A DNA stretch of 64,000 nt from positions 67,890,001 to 67,954,000 of the forward strand of contig NC_042999.1 of NCBI RefSeq assembly GCF_006345805.1. Reading direction: 5' to 3'. Numbering within the stretch: the stretch's first letter is position 1; every line of letters starts with the position of its first letter. Positions 26,556 to 39,173 of the stretch are shown in pieces. Origin of the DNA: Octopus sinensis. Its lineage: Eukaryota. The position numbers and the translations under genes were made by a program. The notes beneath the pieces are model-generated. The model searched no databases. It was not told the DNA's origin and saw only the letters and a list, made by a program, of their open reading frames with translations.

Positions 26556-29142
26556 AGAGAAAGGCCCAGGAATGACAAGATGTGAACGAGGACAGGCGAG
26601 GTCCCTCCTGAACCTCATCAACACCATGTACATGGAGCAGGTAATACTCCAACCAACCAGGGCAGGTAACACACTGGATCTCTGCTTCACAAATGACATG
26701 GATCTCATCCATAATGTGAAAGTGACACCGACACTACTCTCGGATCACAACATGATAGAGCTGACCATGTACGGGCCAAAAGAGAGCACGGACATGCAGC
26801 CTACAAGAAACCCTCAAAATCTTTCCAGCTTGAACTACCATAAGGCAAACTGGAAACAAATTGAGAAAGAGATCCTCAAACAAAACTGGCCTAAATGTCT
26901 CTCCTCGCCAGACATCGACGTGAAACTTCAACAATTCATGTCTGTAATGCAAGCCATATGCTACAAATGTGTCCCAGAGAGAAAGGCCACTGTACACAAG
27001 AACAAAATCCCCAGAGAGAGGAAAATTTTAATGAGACGGCGTACGAAATTTTCAAATCGCCTAAACAAACAGATTGAAAGCAGTGAAAAGTCCCGCCTAA
27101 AAATAAAACTGTTAGAAATCGAAAAATGTCTGCAACTCTCCCATGAAAAAGAAAGAGCAGACAAAGAAGCCTGGGCTATAGAAAACATAAAATCTAACCC
27201 CAGAGCTTTCTACAGGTATGCCAAGAAACAGCTACAGTGCACTGTAGAATAGGGCCACTCCTCGAAAAGGATGGCACACTTACAGGAAAACCAATGAGGG
27301 TAAGTGAAATACTGAATGAGCAATTCAAGAGTGTTTTCACTCCACCCCTTGGGCATCTCCAAATCACCAATCCAACTGACTTTTTTACCACTGCAGATAT
27401 AAAATCAGAGGCGGCGACGATAGATTACATCGATATAAAGGAAGACGATGTAACCAAGGCTATAGATGAAATGAAAACAGACTCAGCTGCTGGCCCCGAT
27501 GGATTCCCGGCAATCCTCCTAAAAGCATGTAAGAGAGTCCTAGCAAGACCACTGCAGTTCCTCTTTCAGAGCTTCCTTGCAGCTGGCAAACTTCCAGGAA
27601 AACTGAAGGAAGGTAAAATATGCCCCATTCATAAAGGAGGTAGCAGAGCGGAAGCCAAGAACTATAGACCTATCTCTCTGACCTCACACATCAGCAAGGT
27701 CATGGAACGAATAGTCAGAAGGAAGCTGATCACCTTCCTTGAAGAGAATGACTTGCTGCCCGACACCCAACATGGTTTCCGACCAGGGAGAAGCTGTTTA
27801 ACTCAGCTCCTACAACACTATGACTGGGTGCTGAAACGGCTGCTCACCACTCAAATGTGGAAGTGATATATCTCGACTTTGCAAAGGCCTTTGATAAAGT
27901 CGATCATGGAATGATATGTCACAAACTGCGTGATCTCAACATAGTTGGAAAACTGGGAGAATGGCTTCATGACTTTCTGAAGGATAGAAGTCAGGTGGTA
28001 GTAGCCAATGGGGCCACCTCCATTAACACACAAATAGTGAGCGGTGTTCCGCAGGGCACTGTTCTGGGACCACTACTGTTCATAATGGCCCTCTCAGACA
28101 TGCCCTCAGCCACGCAGAGAGCCACGATCACAAGTTATGCAGATGATACAAAAGTTTCACAGGCAATACAGAACCCTGAGGACACTAAACACCTGCAATG
28201 TGAGCTGGACGAAATATACAAGTGGGCTGAAAAGAATAGCATGCAGTTCAATGCTGGAAAGTTTCAAGCTTTATACTATCAGCATGCAAAACTGAATGCA
28301 ATACCCAATGAATACACTGGACCCGGAGGGATTGCAATCCCAGAGGCACAATCAGTGCGTGACCTGGGTATTCACATGAGTGATGACGCGACCTTTCATG
28401 TACATGTTGCTAAACTGACAATGAAATGTAGACGGCTGGCTGGCTGGATTCTTAGAACCTTTAGAACAAGAGAACAAGAAACCATGATGGTCCTCTGGAA
28501 GACACTTGTCCTAAGCCACTTTGACTATTGCTCTCAGCTATGGTCACCATCCAGTGTCAAGTTGATCACAGAACTTGAGGCGATCCAACGAAGCTACACG
28601 AAGAAGATAGCCTCTATGCAGAATGTAAGCTACTGGGAAAGACTCAAGAGATTAAAATTATATTCCCTGGAGCGTAGGCGGGAAAGATATGCCATAATAT
28701 ACATCTGGAAGATCCTGGAGGGAAGTGTCCTGAACTTTGGCATCGAGAGTTACGCAAATGCCAGAACTGGGCGCCACTGCGTGGTGCCTAGGACTCCAAA
28801 CCTGCCATCAAGATGTAGGACAAGATTCTGTGATAGCCTGGGCTTCCGAGGCCCACAGCTCTTCAATATCCTCCCGAAGAACCTGAGAGACCTGCATGGG
28901 GTGGATACAGATGTCTTTAAAATGAAGCTGGATCTCTTCCTGTCAGGTATCCCAGATGAACCAACTTCACGGCAGGAGGGGCAGATGAGGGCAGCTGCAT
29001 CGAACTCTCTCATGCACCAAATAGCAGTTGCTAGAAAGCCTCCATGAAGTGAAACCAAGTAGCAACACCAAATGGCGGTGCCCCAGCATGGCCACAGCTC
29101 ATAAGCTGAAACTAGAATCAATCAATCAATCAAAAATCAATC
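26556..29142 (+). mobile_element. 5'-truncated CR1-group LINE: ORF2 from the APE C-terminus through RT to stop at 29047, two frameshifts, 3' UTR and (AATC)n tail
   Basis: PTRAGNTLDL..SDH (APE); NYRPISLTS, QHGFRPGRSC, YLDFAKAFD, SGVPQGTVLGP, YADDTK (RT); LYSLERRRER C-terminus; ORFs 26542-27252, 27237-27866, 27857-29047. Confidence 0.95.
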
Positions 29143-29219
29143 AACATATGCATGTGTGTGTGTACATATATATATATACACACACACACACATACACACG
29201 TATATATTATATGCATATG

Positions 29220-29427
29220 TGTGTTTGTCCCCCACCATCGCTTGACGACCGATGTTGGTATGTTAACGTCCCCATAACTTCGTGGTTCTGCAAAAGAGAC
29301 CGATAAAATAAGTACTAGGCTTACAAAGAATACGTCCTGGGGGGGGGGGTCAATTTCTTCGACTAAAACCTTTTAAAGCAGTGCTCCAGCATGGACGCAG
29401 TTAAATGACTGTAACATGTAAAAGAAT
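29220..29427 (+). mobile_element. SINE family A, 3' half
   Basis: Matches family A tail. Confidence 0.82.
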
Positions 29428-29471
29428 ATATATACGTATGTATATATTACAAAGTCGTACATACACATATA

Positions 29472-29696
29472 CTTATTTCTTTATTACCCACAAGGGGCTA
29501 AACACAGAGCGGACAAACAAGGACAGACATAGGTATTAAGTCGATTACATCGACCCCAGTGCGTAACTGGTACTTAATTTATCGACCCCGAAAGGATGAA
29601 AGGCAAAGTCGACCTCGGCGGAATTTGAACTCACAACGTAACGCAGACGAAATACCGCTAAGTATTTCGCCCGGCGTGCTAACGTTTCTGCTAGCT
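29472..29696 (-). mobile_element. SINE family B, monomer
   Basis: Matches one family B unit with head. Confidence 0.88.
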
Positions 29697-29736
29697 AGAC
29701 GTACATACACATATACCTCTTCACATACACACACGT

Positions 29737-29780
<44 letters not shown>

Positions 29781-29999
29781 TAGTTCTGTAAAATATGTAT
29801 GTTAGTCTAAATCTGTGACGATGACAAAGAATGTGTACCTTCTAGGAATTTTTCTTTAATACTTATACAGGTGCTAAACAGTAACCGCTCTACATCTAAT
29901 GGACCTGTATTTACCGGATTGCTACGTGTTGTAATGTAGGGTTCATTAATAAAGTAGTCGCTAGAATCTGTGGGAATGAAGTGTGGTGGTGTAGCTGGT

Positions 30000-30386
30000 T
30001 GCTGTTGCTGTTGAGCGAACGGTCTTCGTCCCAGAGCTTGCAAGATGGGAGAAGTCCGAAACGTGGCCCTTTGCTATTCGTAAGACCCGCAGAAGAGAAA
30101 GCAGATCAACCCCCGACACCGAGAGCATCGACGGATGGATGAATGCGCATCCAGGCTCAGCGGTTGCGTAGGAAGTCGGGGACAAGAAACAGGAAGAGAG
30201 AGTGAGAGAAAGTTGGAGCGAAAGAGTACAACAGGGGTCGCCACCCCCACCACCCCCTGCCGGTGCCTCGTGGAGCTTCGGGTGTTTTCGCTCAATAAAC
30301 ATACACAACGCCCGGTCTGGGAATCGAAACCACGATCCTCCGACCGCGAGTCTGCTGCCCTAATCACTGGGTCATTGCGCCTCCAC
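30000..30386 (-). mobile_element. SINE family C, tail type 1
   Basis: TSD TGGTGTAGCTGGT at 29987-29999 and 30387-30399. Confidence 0.92.
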
Positions 30387-30427
30387 TGGTGTAGCTGGTA
30401 TTTGTCACTTTGGGAACCAATACCTTA

Positions 30428-31112
30428 TAGTGTTTTGTAGTGTTATCTTCTGCGCTATGATATTACGCTGTGTTGTATATTTTTTTTTATTGTTATGTTG
30501 TGCTGTGTTCCGTAGTGTTCTGTAATGCTATGTTGTGTTATGAAGTGTTCCCTTGTATTATGTACGTTACGTAGAATAATAGAGTGTGATCCAGTGTTAT
30601 GGGATATTCTAAGGTGTTCTGAGATGTTATGCAATGCTGTATAATGTTCTGTTGTGTTCTGTAATTTTATGTAGTGCTCTGCAGTGTTATATAGTGTTCT
30701 GTTGTGTTCTGTGATGTTATGCTGCATTCTGTAGTGCTCCGCAGTGTTTTAATGTGTTCTGTACTCTTTTGTTGTGCTCTGTAGGGTTCAGTTTTGTTTT
30801 GTAGTGTTTTGTAGCACTCCTAGTGCTCTGCTAGTTCTGTAGCCTTCAGCTGTGTGCTTGTAGTGTCCTATTGTGTTCTATAGTGTTCAGTTATGTTCTG
30901 TAATGTTCTGTGGTGCTCTGTAGTGTTCTGTAGTGTTTCGTTGTGTTCTGTAATGTTCTGTTGTGTTCTTTAGCGTTCTCTCGTGTTCTGTAACGTTTTC
31001 TTGTGTTCTATAATGTTCTGTAATGTTTTGTTGTGTTCTGTAGTGTTCTGTAATGTTCTGTATCATTGTGTAGCATTCTGTAGCGTTAGGATGTGTTATG
31101 AAGCGCTCTGTA
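30428..31112. repeat. Degenerate 10-bp minisatellite (TGTTCTGTAG)n
   Basis: About 10-bp periodicity throughout. Confidence 0.85.
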
Positions 31113-31355
31113 TTATTATATTACATAATTAAAGCACCAAATTGACAGAATTATAACCGTGCCGGACAAAATACTTTGTGAGATTTCTTCCGGCTCTCTA
31201 TGTTCTGACTTTCAATGTAGCCGAGGTTGACTTTGCCTTATATCCCTTTTGGTGTCTGAAAAATACGGTGCCAGTGGCGCACATGGGCCAATGTAATCGA
31301 CTAACTCATTTCACGCAAAATTTCAGGCCTTGTACTTATTGTAGAAAGTATTATT

Positions 31356-32310
31356 ACAGGGTGAGGCAAAAGACGACGGACGTTTTTGAAAAATCATTAA
31401 TTTTAGCTACAAACAACGTTTTTGACATCAATGTGTTTGTATTGAATTAGCTTTTGTCAAAATCAAGTGTGGAAAACAACAACCATCATGTGGTGTCCGT
31501 TTCCATTGATGCATTTCTGTAGGCGTTCTTGGAAGTTGGCCTCCACTCTCTCCAGCATTGCTCTGTCGATTTGAACGACTTCCATGCGAACAGCTTCCTT
31601 CAAATCGTCCAATGTACAGGGCTTGTGCGCAGACACACGTGCCTTGAGGTTTCTCTCCATAAGAAATAATAAGCATGGACAAATAAAGGGGCCAAGGAAA
31701 TGATGCGGTCATCGACGAGAAGGTGAAGAACGTCCATTGATGCTCTGGCTGTGTGGGCCGCCAACCCATCCTGCTGAAACCATACACGTCGAATAGACAT
31801 ACATTTTCGTCGCAATTCAGGCACAAAGAAGTTGTTTACCATTTCCATTATTGCAATTCAGTAACAGCATTTTCATTATTGTCTTCAAAGAAATAAGGTC
31901 CAATGACGGCAGCTTTTCCAACAGCACACCAAACCGTCACTTTTGGGCTGTGCAATGGTCTTTCGTGCTGTTCTCTCGGATTTTCAAGAGCCCAATAACG
32001 ACTGTTCTGTTGATTCCCCATGTCATTGAGATGAAAATGAGCCTCATCACTCATTGACAAAATGCAGTTGTCATTTGCCTCAAACATTGCTTCCATCTGA
32101 TGTGCGAAGTTAAGCTGCTATGCATAGCTCCATGGTTTCAACTGTTGTCCACTGACCAATTTGTACGGGTGGAAATGCAGTTCTTCATACAAAATACGCC
32201 TTCCCGATCGATTACAGATGTCAAGTTCAGTGGAATGCCTCCAAGCAGAGCGATTCGGACTCCGCATCAAAACTTATCAGACGCGTTTCGCATTTTCCGG
32301 GGTCTGTCCA
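31356..32310 (-). mobile_element. Decayed Tc1/mariner-superfamily transposon
   Basis: SDEAHFHLN, NSRYWALENP, LHSPKVTVWCAV, IGPYFFE, VWFQQDG..AHTA; TA-CAGGGTG terminus at about 31355. Confidence 0.88.
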
Positions 32311-32311
32311 G

Positions 32312-32760
32312 ACAGACAAAATGTTTGAGCACCGAAGGTCGACTATAGTAATCTTTAGGAGGAACAAACAAGAGTGCCTAATAATCGACCTGGCAGTGTC
32401 AGAAGATCGACATAGCATCATGAAAGAAAGAGAATAAGTTGATAAATATGGAGACCTGAGAATTGAGATCGCTAACATGTGGCAGCTACGAGAGTCGAAT
32501 ATAAAGGTCATCCCTATTGTCATCGGAGCATTGGGCTCAATACCACCCAATCTGGAAAAAAAAAGACATTTGAAAACCTTAGAAATACTCTACAGTCTAG
32601 ATGTAATACAAAAGTCGGCATTACTTGGAACTGCACGCATATTGCGTAAAGTAATGTCCGTGTGAGGTTCTTGTTGCGACTTGACAAGCAGTACAAACCC
32701 CCAGTAGATACAATGTTTTCAATCAACAACCACACAATATTGTATACTGTGCGACGTCTA
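32312..32760 (+). pseudogene. R4/Dong-like non-LTR element, RLE endonuclease C-terminus and 3' UTR ending in (TAA)n
   Basis: CLIIDLAV..K..KYGDLRIEIANMWQL..KVIPIVIGALGSIP..QKSALLGTARILRKV. Confidence 0.85.
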
Positions 32761-32765
32761 TAATA

Positions 32766-32816
<51 letters not shown>

Positions 32817-32824
32817 GTAGTAGC

Positions 32825-32876
<52 letters not shown>

Positions 32877-32894
32877 ATAATAATAATAATATAA

Positions 32895-33420
32895 TAGCAT
32901 GGTATGTAAAAAATGCCACAGAACCGCTATTATTAGAAGTAAGAAGGTCAGGCTTGTGTAGGATGAAAGATTGCAAAGATAAAGCACTGTACAAGCAATT
33001 GAAAACGAATGAAACTGAAAACAGGTGGGTAAAGGAAAGAATGCATGGAAAATTTCATAGGAATATTGAAGATAAGACAGAAAAGACATGGCTTTGAATG
33101 ACTAAAAGTGATATAAAACCAGAAACAGAGGCTCTAATCTGTGCTGCCCAAGAGCAAGCACGAAGAGCAAACTACATAAAATACAGAATAGACAACACAT
33201 CAGAAAATAGTAAGTGCAGAATCTGTGGACAAAACGGTGAAACCGTATGGCATATTACCAGCCAATGTACGCCACTAGACCAGAAAGAACACAAGAGACG
33301 CCACGACAATATAGCCAGGCTTGTCCATTGGACACTTTGCAACAAGTATGGACTTGACAGAGCAAAAAATTGGTACGGCCACAAACCCGAAGGCATCATC
33401 GAAAATAATAATGCAAAGAC
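32895..33420 (+). pseudogene. R4/Dong-like fragment, CCHC knuckle and RHD motif
   Basis: KPETEALICAAQEQA..KCRICGQNGETVWHITSQC..KRRHDNIARLVHW. Confidence 0.88.
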
Positions 33421-33485
33421 GAAATGTCGCTAATTATTTTGCCCGGCATGCTAATGATTTTGTCATCTTAATAATAATAATAATA

Positions 33486-33547
<62 letters not shown>

Positions 33548-33574
33548 GATGATGATGATGATGATGATAATGAG

Positions 33575-33760
33575 GGCCTTGATAAGCAGCTCAACAACTT
33601 CCTTGCAGTGTTAACGTGGGAGAACTTCAGAAAATAGTGTTGCTAGGTTCCGCACACATTTTACGCCATGTACGCCCCATGAGATGAGGACCTGCTGTGA
33701 CCCTAGGGTCAAGGAATGACCTCGGTTCAGCAGAAGACAACGAACCTTATTCTATTTAAA
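33575..33760 (+). pseudogene. R4/Dong-like extreme 3' fragment followed by (TAA)n
   Basis: ELQKIVLLGSAHILRHV motif. Confidence 0.65.
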
Positions 33761-33958
33761 ATAATAATAATAATAATAATATAATAATAATAATAATAAT
33801 AATATAATAATAATAATAATAATAAATAGTGACCGGGCGCTCTGAGAAGTAAAACACTAATAACGATGATGATGATGATGATAGAGGTGGTAATGGTGGT
33901 GGTGATGATGATGGTGATGTAATAATAATAATAATAATTATAATAATAATAACAGCAA

Positions 33959-33990
<32 letters not shown>

Positions 33991-34859
33991 TTCTAACATT
34001 CTAACGCCAAAGAATTGACTCAACGTGTCCTTTGCACCTCGTGAAAGGCGACTAAAAGAGGTTGAGGTAAAATTTGTATACCGACCTCGTAAAAACTCTC
34101 TCACCAGTAACGACTACTCAAAGAATCCCCAAGGGAAGTACTTCGGCTGCCTAGAAGACAGGTCGCACGAGGAAACCCTTGGAAGACAGGATGATTTTGA
34201 GGGTTGTCGTTTGAGTGGTGCGAATGTGTGATTTGCCAGGAGTAGGTAATCACCGACAAATGACTGATCTAGCCACGTGCTATAAACACCACATGCTCCC
34301 ATACGTGACCTGATCTGAACTGAAAAAGACATAGGTTAGGGGCCACAATACTTACTTTGCTGCCGGATTTCAGATGATCCATCGGTCAAAAACCCTAGGA
34401 TCCTAAGAGAAACTCATGAGATATTCATGGACTCCTCTTAAGTCAATTCCTCATAGCCTCCGGGGATTTTGATAGGAAGTCCTCTTCTCCGCCCTTCCTG
34501 TTACTTGAAAGCAGTCTTGTTCCGTCTTGCAAATTTTCTCTCGGAAGCCCTGTGTATGTTATGTAATACCGCTCAGTTCTAACTTGTGTTGTGTAATGTT
34601 GTATTAGATAACGAAGTATAATTTGTTACGTAATGTCCAACAAGCCAGTGAAATATGTAGTGTTATGTGATGTTTCACAGTGGTTGGTTATTTATAGTTG
34701 TGTAATGGTATGAAAGACAATAAATTTTACTGAATAGTGTGATGTTTTATGATGGCAAAACAGTAAGGAGTTATGGAATGCTACGAGCGGTGAATTTTGC
34801 AGTGTAACGTTGTATGTATTGTTATATGGTAATAATTTTACAGATTTATGTAAAGTTCT

Positions 34860-35392
34860 GCGAGCTAGCAGAATCGTTAACACACCAGGCGAAATGCTTA
34901 GCGGTATTTCGTCTGCCGATACGTTCTGAGTTCAAATTCCGACGAGGTCGACTTTGCCTTTCTTCCTTTCGGGGTCGATTAAATAAGTACCAGTTACGCA
35001 CTGGGATCGACGTATTCGACTTAATCCGTTTGTCTGTCCTTGTTTGTCCTCTCTGTGTTTAGCTCTTTGTGGGTTGTAAAAAATAGGTATTTCGTCTGCC
35101 GCTACGTTCTGAGTTAAAATTCCGACGAGGTCGACTTTGCCTTTCATCCTTTCGGGGTCGATTAAATAAGTACCAGTTACGCACTGGGATCAATATAATC
35201 GACTTAAACCGTTTGTCTGTCCTTGTTTGTCCCCTCTGTGTTTAGCCTCTTGTGGGTAGTAAAGAAATAGGTATTTCGTCTGCCGTTAGGTTCTGAGCTC
35301 AAATTCCGCCTAGGTCGACTTTACTTTTTATCCTTTAGAGATCGATAAAATAAGTTCTAGTTGAATATTTAGATCGTTGTAATCGACTTAAT
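34860..35392 (+). mobile_element. SINE family B, near-trimer
   Basis: Units start at 34904, 35087 and 35271. Confidence 0.88.
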
Positions 35393-35829
35393 TACTCCGG
35401 AGTATGAATATAAAACGAAAGTGCATCCCTCTGCCAACCCATGTCGAACCAGCGTGGCAGAGTAGATTCATCAAAGTATGATCTTAAGCTCAAATTCAGA
35501 GCCTCTTCATCAGACCGTAGGTGGTGTAGGAAACATGCTGAGGTCCTTACCTTGCAGTGGATTGAACATGGGCAGCCCAACTCCAAATCCAAATGTTATG
35601 TTGTATGGTAGTGAATTTTGTAGTGTTATGTAATGTTATATATAGATGTACATGTAATATGTACACATATATATATACACATATATACATGCATAATATA
35701 TCTACCCATACACACATACGCACACACACACACATACATAGGGGCAGGTGTGGCTGTGTGGTAACAAACTACGTTCCAAACACATGGTCCTGGGTTCAGT
35801 CCCACTGTGTGGTGACTTGGCATGTGTAG

Positions 35830-38122
35830 GCACAAACACTCTGTCTTCACATTTGCTGCGTGAGACATGTTTTAATGTTGACGAGCTTGCCGAGTACATA
35901 GCCGACAATGAGCCAAAGCTCCTTCCAGAACACAAGTTCGCTTACAACTCCGTTGTTAATTCAGTCCGGGCCAAAGCTGGGGGAATTTTTTTCCTGGACG
36001 CTCCTGGGGGCACTGGGAAAACTTTTCTCAACAAATTAATATTGGCTGAGATTAGGCGAACACAATGCATTGCCCTAGCTGTGACATCATCTGGAATTGC
36101 GGCTACTTTGTTGCCAGGCGGCAGGACAGCTCACTCCACTTTCAAGCTCCCGCTTGACTTAGCGAAGATTGAGACACCAACTTGCAACATCAGTAACAGC
36201 TCCGATCAGGCAGAAGTCTTCAGACGATGCAAGCTTATCGTTTGGGATGAATGCACGATGGCCCACAGACGTGCTCTTGAGGCACTAGATAGATCTCTCA
36301 GAGACATCAAACACTCTTCAGCTCCCATGGGAGGCATAACACTTCTTCTTTCAGGGGACTTCCGACAAACACTTCCCGTTATTCCTAAATGGACTGCAGC
36401 TGATGCAGTAAGTGCGTGTCTTAAGTCATTCACATTGTGGCCACTGGTTAAGACTCTCAAACTTCACACCAATATGCGTGCTCATATGCGACGTGATATC
36501 ACATCAGCAGCATTTTCTCACACCCTCCTTGCACTTGGCGAAGGCAAAATACCAAGGGATGAAAATGGTAATATTGCCTTCGATTCCATTTGTACCATTG
36601 TTAAAACGCCTTCTGATCTCAGAGATGCAGTGTTCCCAGATCTACAAGCTAATTATCAGAATATGGATTGGATTGGCCAAAGGGCTATCCTGGCCCCGAG
36701 GAATAAAACTGTTCACCATATTAATGATGAAATGCTAAGACTCATTCCTGGGGATGTCTATGTATATAAGTCTATCGATACAACTCCTGACCCAGAGGAT
36801 GTCATCAACTATCCAATAGAGGTACTCAAATCCTTTGAGCCCCCCGGACTACCACCACACATTCTCAAACTTAAAGTTGGTGCCCCTATAATGCTCATTA
36901 GAAATTTGGTTCCCCCCCAAACAATGCAATGGCACACGTTTCATCGTTAAGTCCTTATCTCCCAATCTGATTGAGGCCATCATTATCACAGGGTGCGGTC
37001 GAGGCAACGTTGTGCTCATACCTAGGATGCATCTTTTCCCATCAGGAGCAGACCTACTTTTCATATTTCGGAGGTCCCAGTTCCCAGTAAGGCCATGTTT
37101 CGCAATGTCAATTAACAAAGCGCAGGGTCAAACACTGTCAGTGGAGGGAATACATTTGGGAGAGCCATGTTTCTCTCATGGTCAGCTTTATGTTGCCTGC
37201 TCGCGTGTCGGCAGCAACAGTGATGCTTTCGCATTCGTTCCACAACGAAAAACAAAAAACATTGTGTACAAGGAGGTTTTATAGGATTACGTTTCATCAT
37301 TTTCGAACACGTTAGTATTTCACTTGCATACGACTCTCTTTTATGATGGCATTTACATTTTTAGGCATTTCATGACATTAATTCACACTTAACCAACACC
37401 TGTCCTTCGCTCACCTCTATTTCTATCCATTCATCATCAAACCACCAGCCTCATCTTCTATATCCAACGTACATGACACATCTACCCCCTACATCTACAC
37501 TCTCACTGTTAAAGTTTACATAAGCGACAACACGATCGCAACATACACTTTGGAAACTAAGCAACAGTTCATTTTATACAACAACAAATTTAATCATAAC
37601 GCCCATCAATGAAAACATCTCCACCACTGTGTTGTGATTCATCTATTCAACACCACTACAGTCTTGCCGGTCTGACATATGGTGAGTAGATGCTATTGTT
37701 CTATATTTTATAAATTACCCATATTTACTTACCCATGCTTCATTCCCCTCTTGCCTACATAGGGCATCCATTCTCTTTTAACACAGCAAGGAGTTTTGTA
37801 ACAGCACATCCGCTGCCGTTCGTGGAAAACGAAGAGACCCTATTCACCTGCGAACGTTTTACACCGCCTTCCACGACTATCAAATTCTTACAATTATGAG
37901 AACAATAACATGGCTCTTTTCAAGGCAACCTCGCATTCAATTCTTACACCATTCTACGAGGGGTTAGGAACCCCTTTACACGGTTTTCTATACACTTACA
38001 AATACATTCATTCGCCGTAAACTTATATCAATATTTGCCTGAATAATCATCATAATTCAGTGCAATCATTAACAGTACTTTCAAGCAATTCAGCCCCGAG
38101 CATCGCCGGACAATTCTGCTAG
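35830..38122 (+). mobile_element. 3' part of an autonomous Helitron with PIF1-type SF1 helicase domain (about 35830-37284, frameshifted) and intact 3' end
   Basis: FFLDAPGGTGKT, SSGIAATLL, GRTAHS, IVWDECTM, LSGDFRQTLP, AMSINKAQGQT, HGQLYVACSRV; hairpin CCGAGCATCGCCGG plus CTAG at 38119-38122. Confidence 0.93.
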
Positions 38123-38140
38123 TATATATATATACAGTAT

Positions 38141-38232
<92 letters not shown>

Positions 38233-38303
38233 TATATATATATATACAGTATGTATATATACATATATATATACAGTATGTATATATACTTATATATATA
38301 CAG

Positions 38304-38339
<36 letters not shown>

Positions 38340-38340
<1 letters not shown>

Positions 38341-38837
38341 TAGCAGTATCGCCCGGCGTTGCTCGGGTTTGTAAGGGAAATAACTATATAAGCATTTTTA
38401 GAGAGTTACTTCCCTTATAGATGCCAATTTGGGCTTTCTTAGCCATTTCTGTTTTGATGTCTTCAAGCCATGAAGTCGTTGTTCTAAAAGAACGCTGGTC
38501 TCCTTGACAACGCTTTACGACGTTAATTTCCTTACACTCCCTTCCCCACAGCTTCACGAGGGTGGGAAGAAGGGGGAGAGGCAAACAGGTGCAGGTGTGA
38601 CCATGGACGCCAACTCCGCCGCCATCGACGCACGAAAAATTATGCATTAAAATGGAATAAAAAATGATGTTAAATTATTTTTAAAATCGTAGACTCATCG
38701 TAGACGCGCGCTAATACTCAGACGGGCTCGATATGAATCACGACTATAAGATACCCGAATTTGGTTAAACTACACCGCAAAATGTGGGAGTAGTTAGGAA
38801 TCTAAATCGAAGGGGACAGACACTCACACAACTACAG
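38340..38837 (-). mobile_element. Non-autonomous Helitron, extreme 5' end lost
   Basis: Same 3' hairpin and CTAG as 25854; body is the reverse complement of 49508-49910. Confidence 0.85.
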
Positions 38838-39108
38838 ACCGGGCTGCGTGTTGTGTTCTTGAGCAAGACACTTTATTTCACGTTGCTCTAGTTCATTCAG
38901 CTGTAGAAACGAATTGCGACGTTACAGGTGCCAGGCTGTGTCGGCCCCTTTGCTTTTTCCTTGGATAACACTGGTGGCGTGGAGAGGAGAGGCCGGTATG
39001 CATGGGCGACTGCTGGTCTTCCATAAACAACCTTGCCCGGAATTGTACCTGGGAGGGTAACTTTCTAGGTGCAATCCCACGGTCAGTCATGACCGAAGAG
39101 GGTCTCAG
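38838..39108 (+). mobile_element. 5'-truncated SINE with CORE-like segment
   Basis: TGTGTTCTTGAGCAAGACACTT..TTCACGTTGCTC shared with 19685-19740; 3' part related to 57765-57900 (-). Confidence 0.65.
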
Positions 39109-39173
39109 CATGCATGTATGCATGTATGTATATATTTACGTATGGACTATAGATGGATGGATGGATGGATATA

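Noticed and set aside
34020-34545. Possible decayed retroelement coding fragment
   Set aside because: No motif could be read with confidence in any frame
35748-36950. Host PIF1 helicase gene
   Set aside because: Intronless, frameshifted, starts in a SINE fragment and ends in a Helitron hairpin plus CTAG
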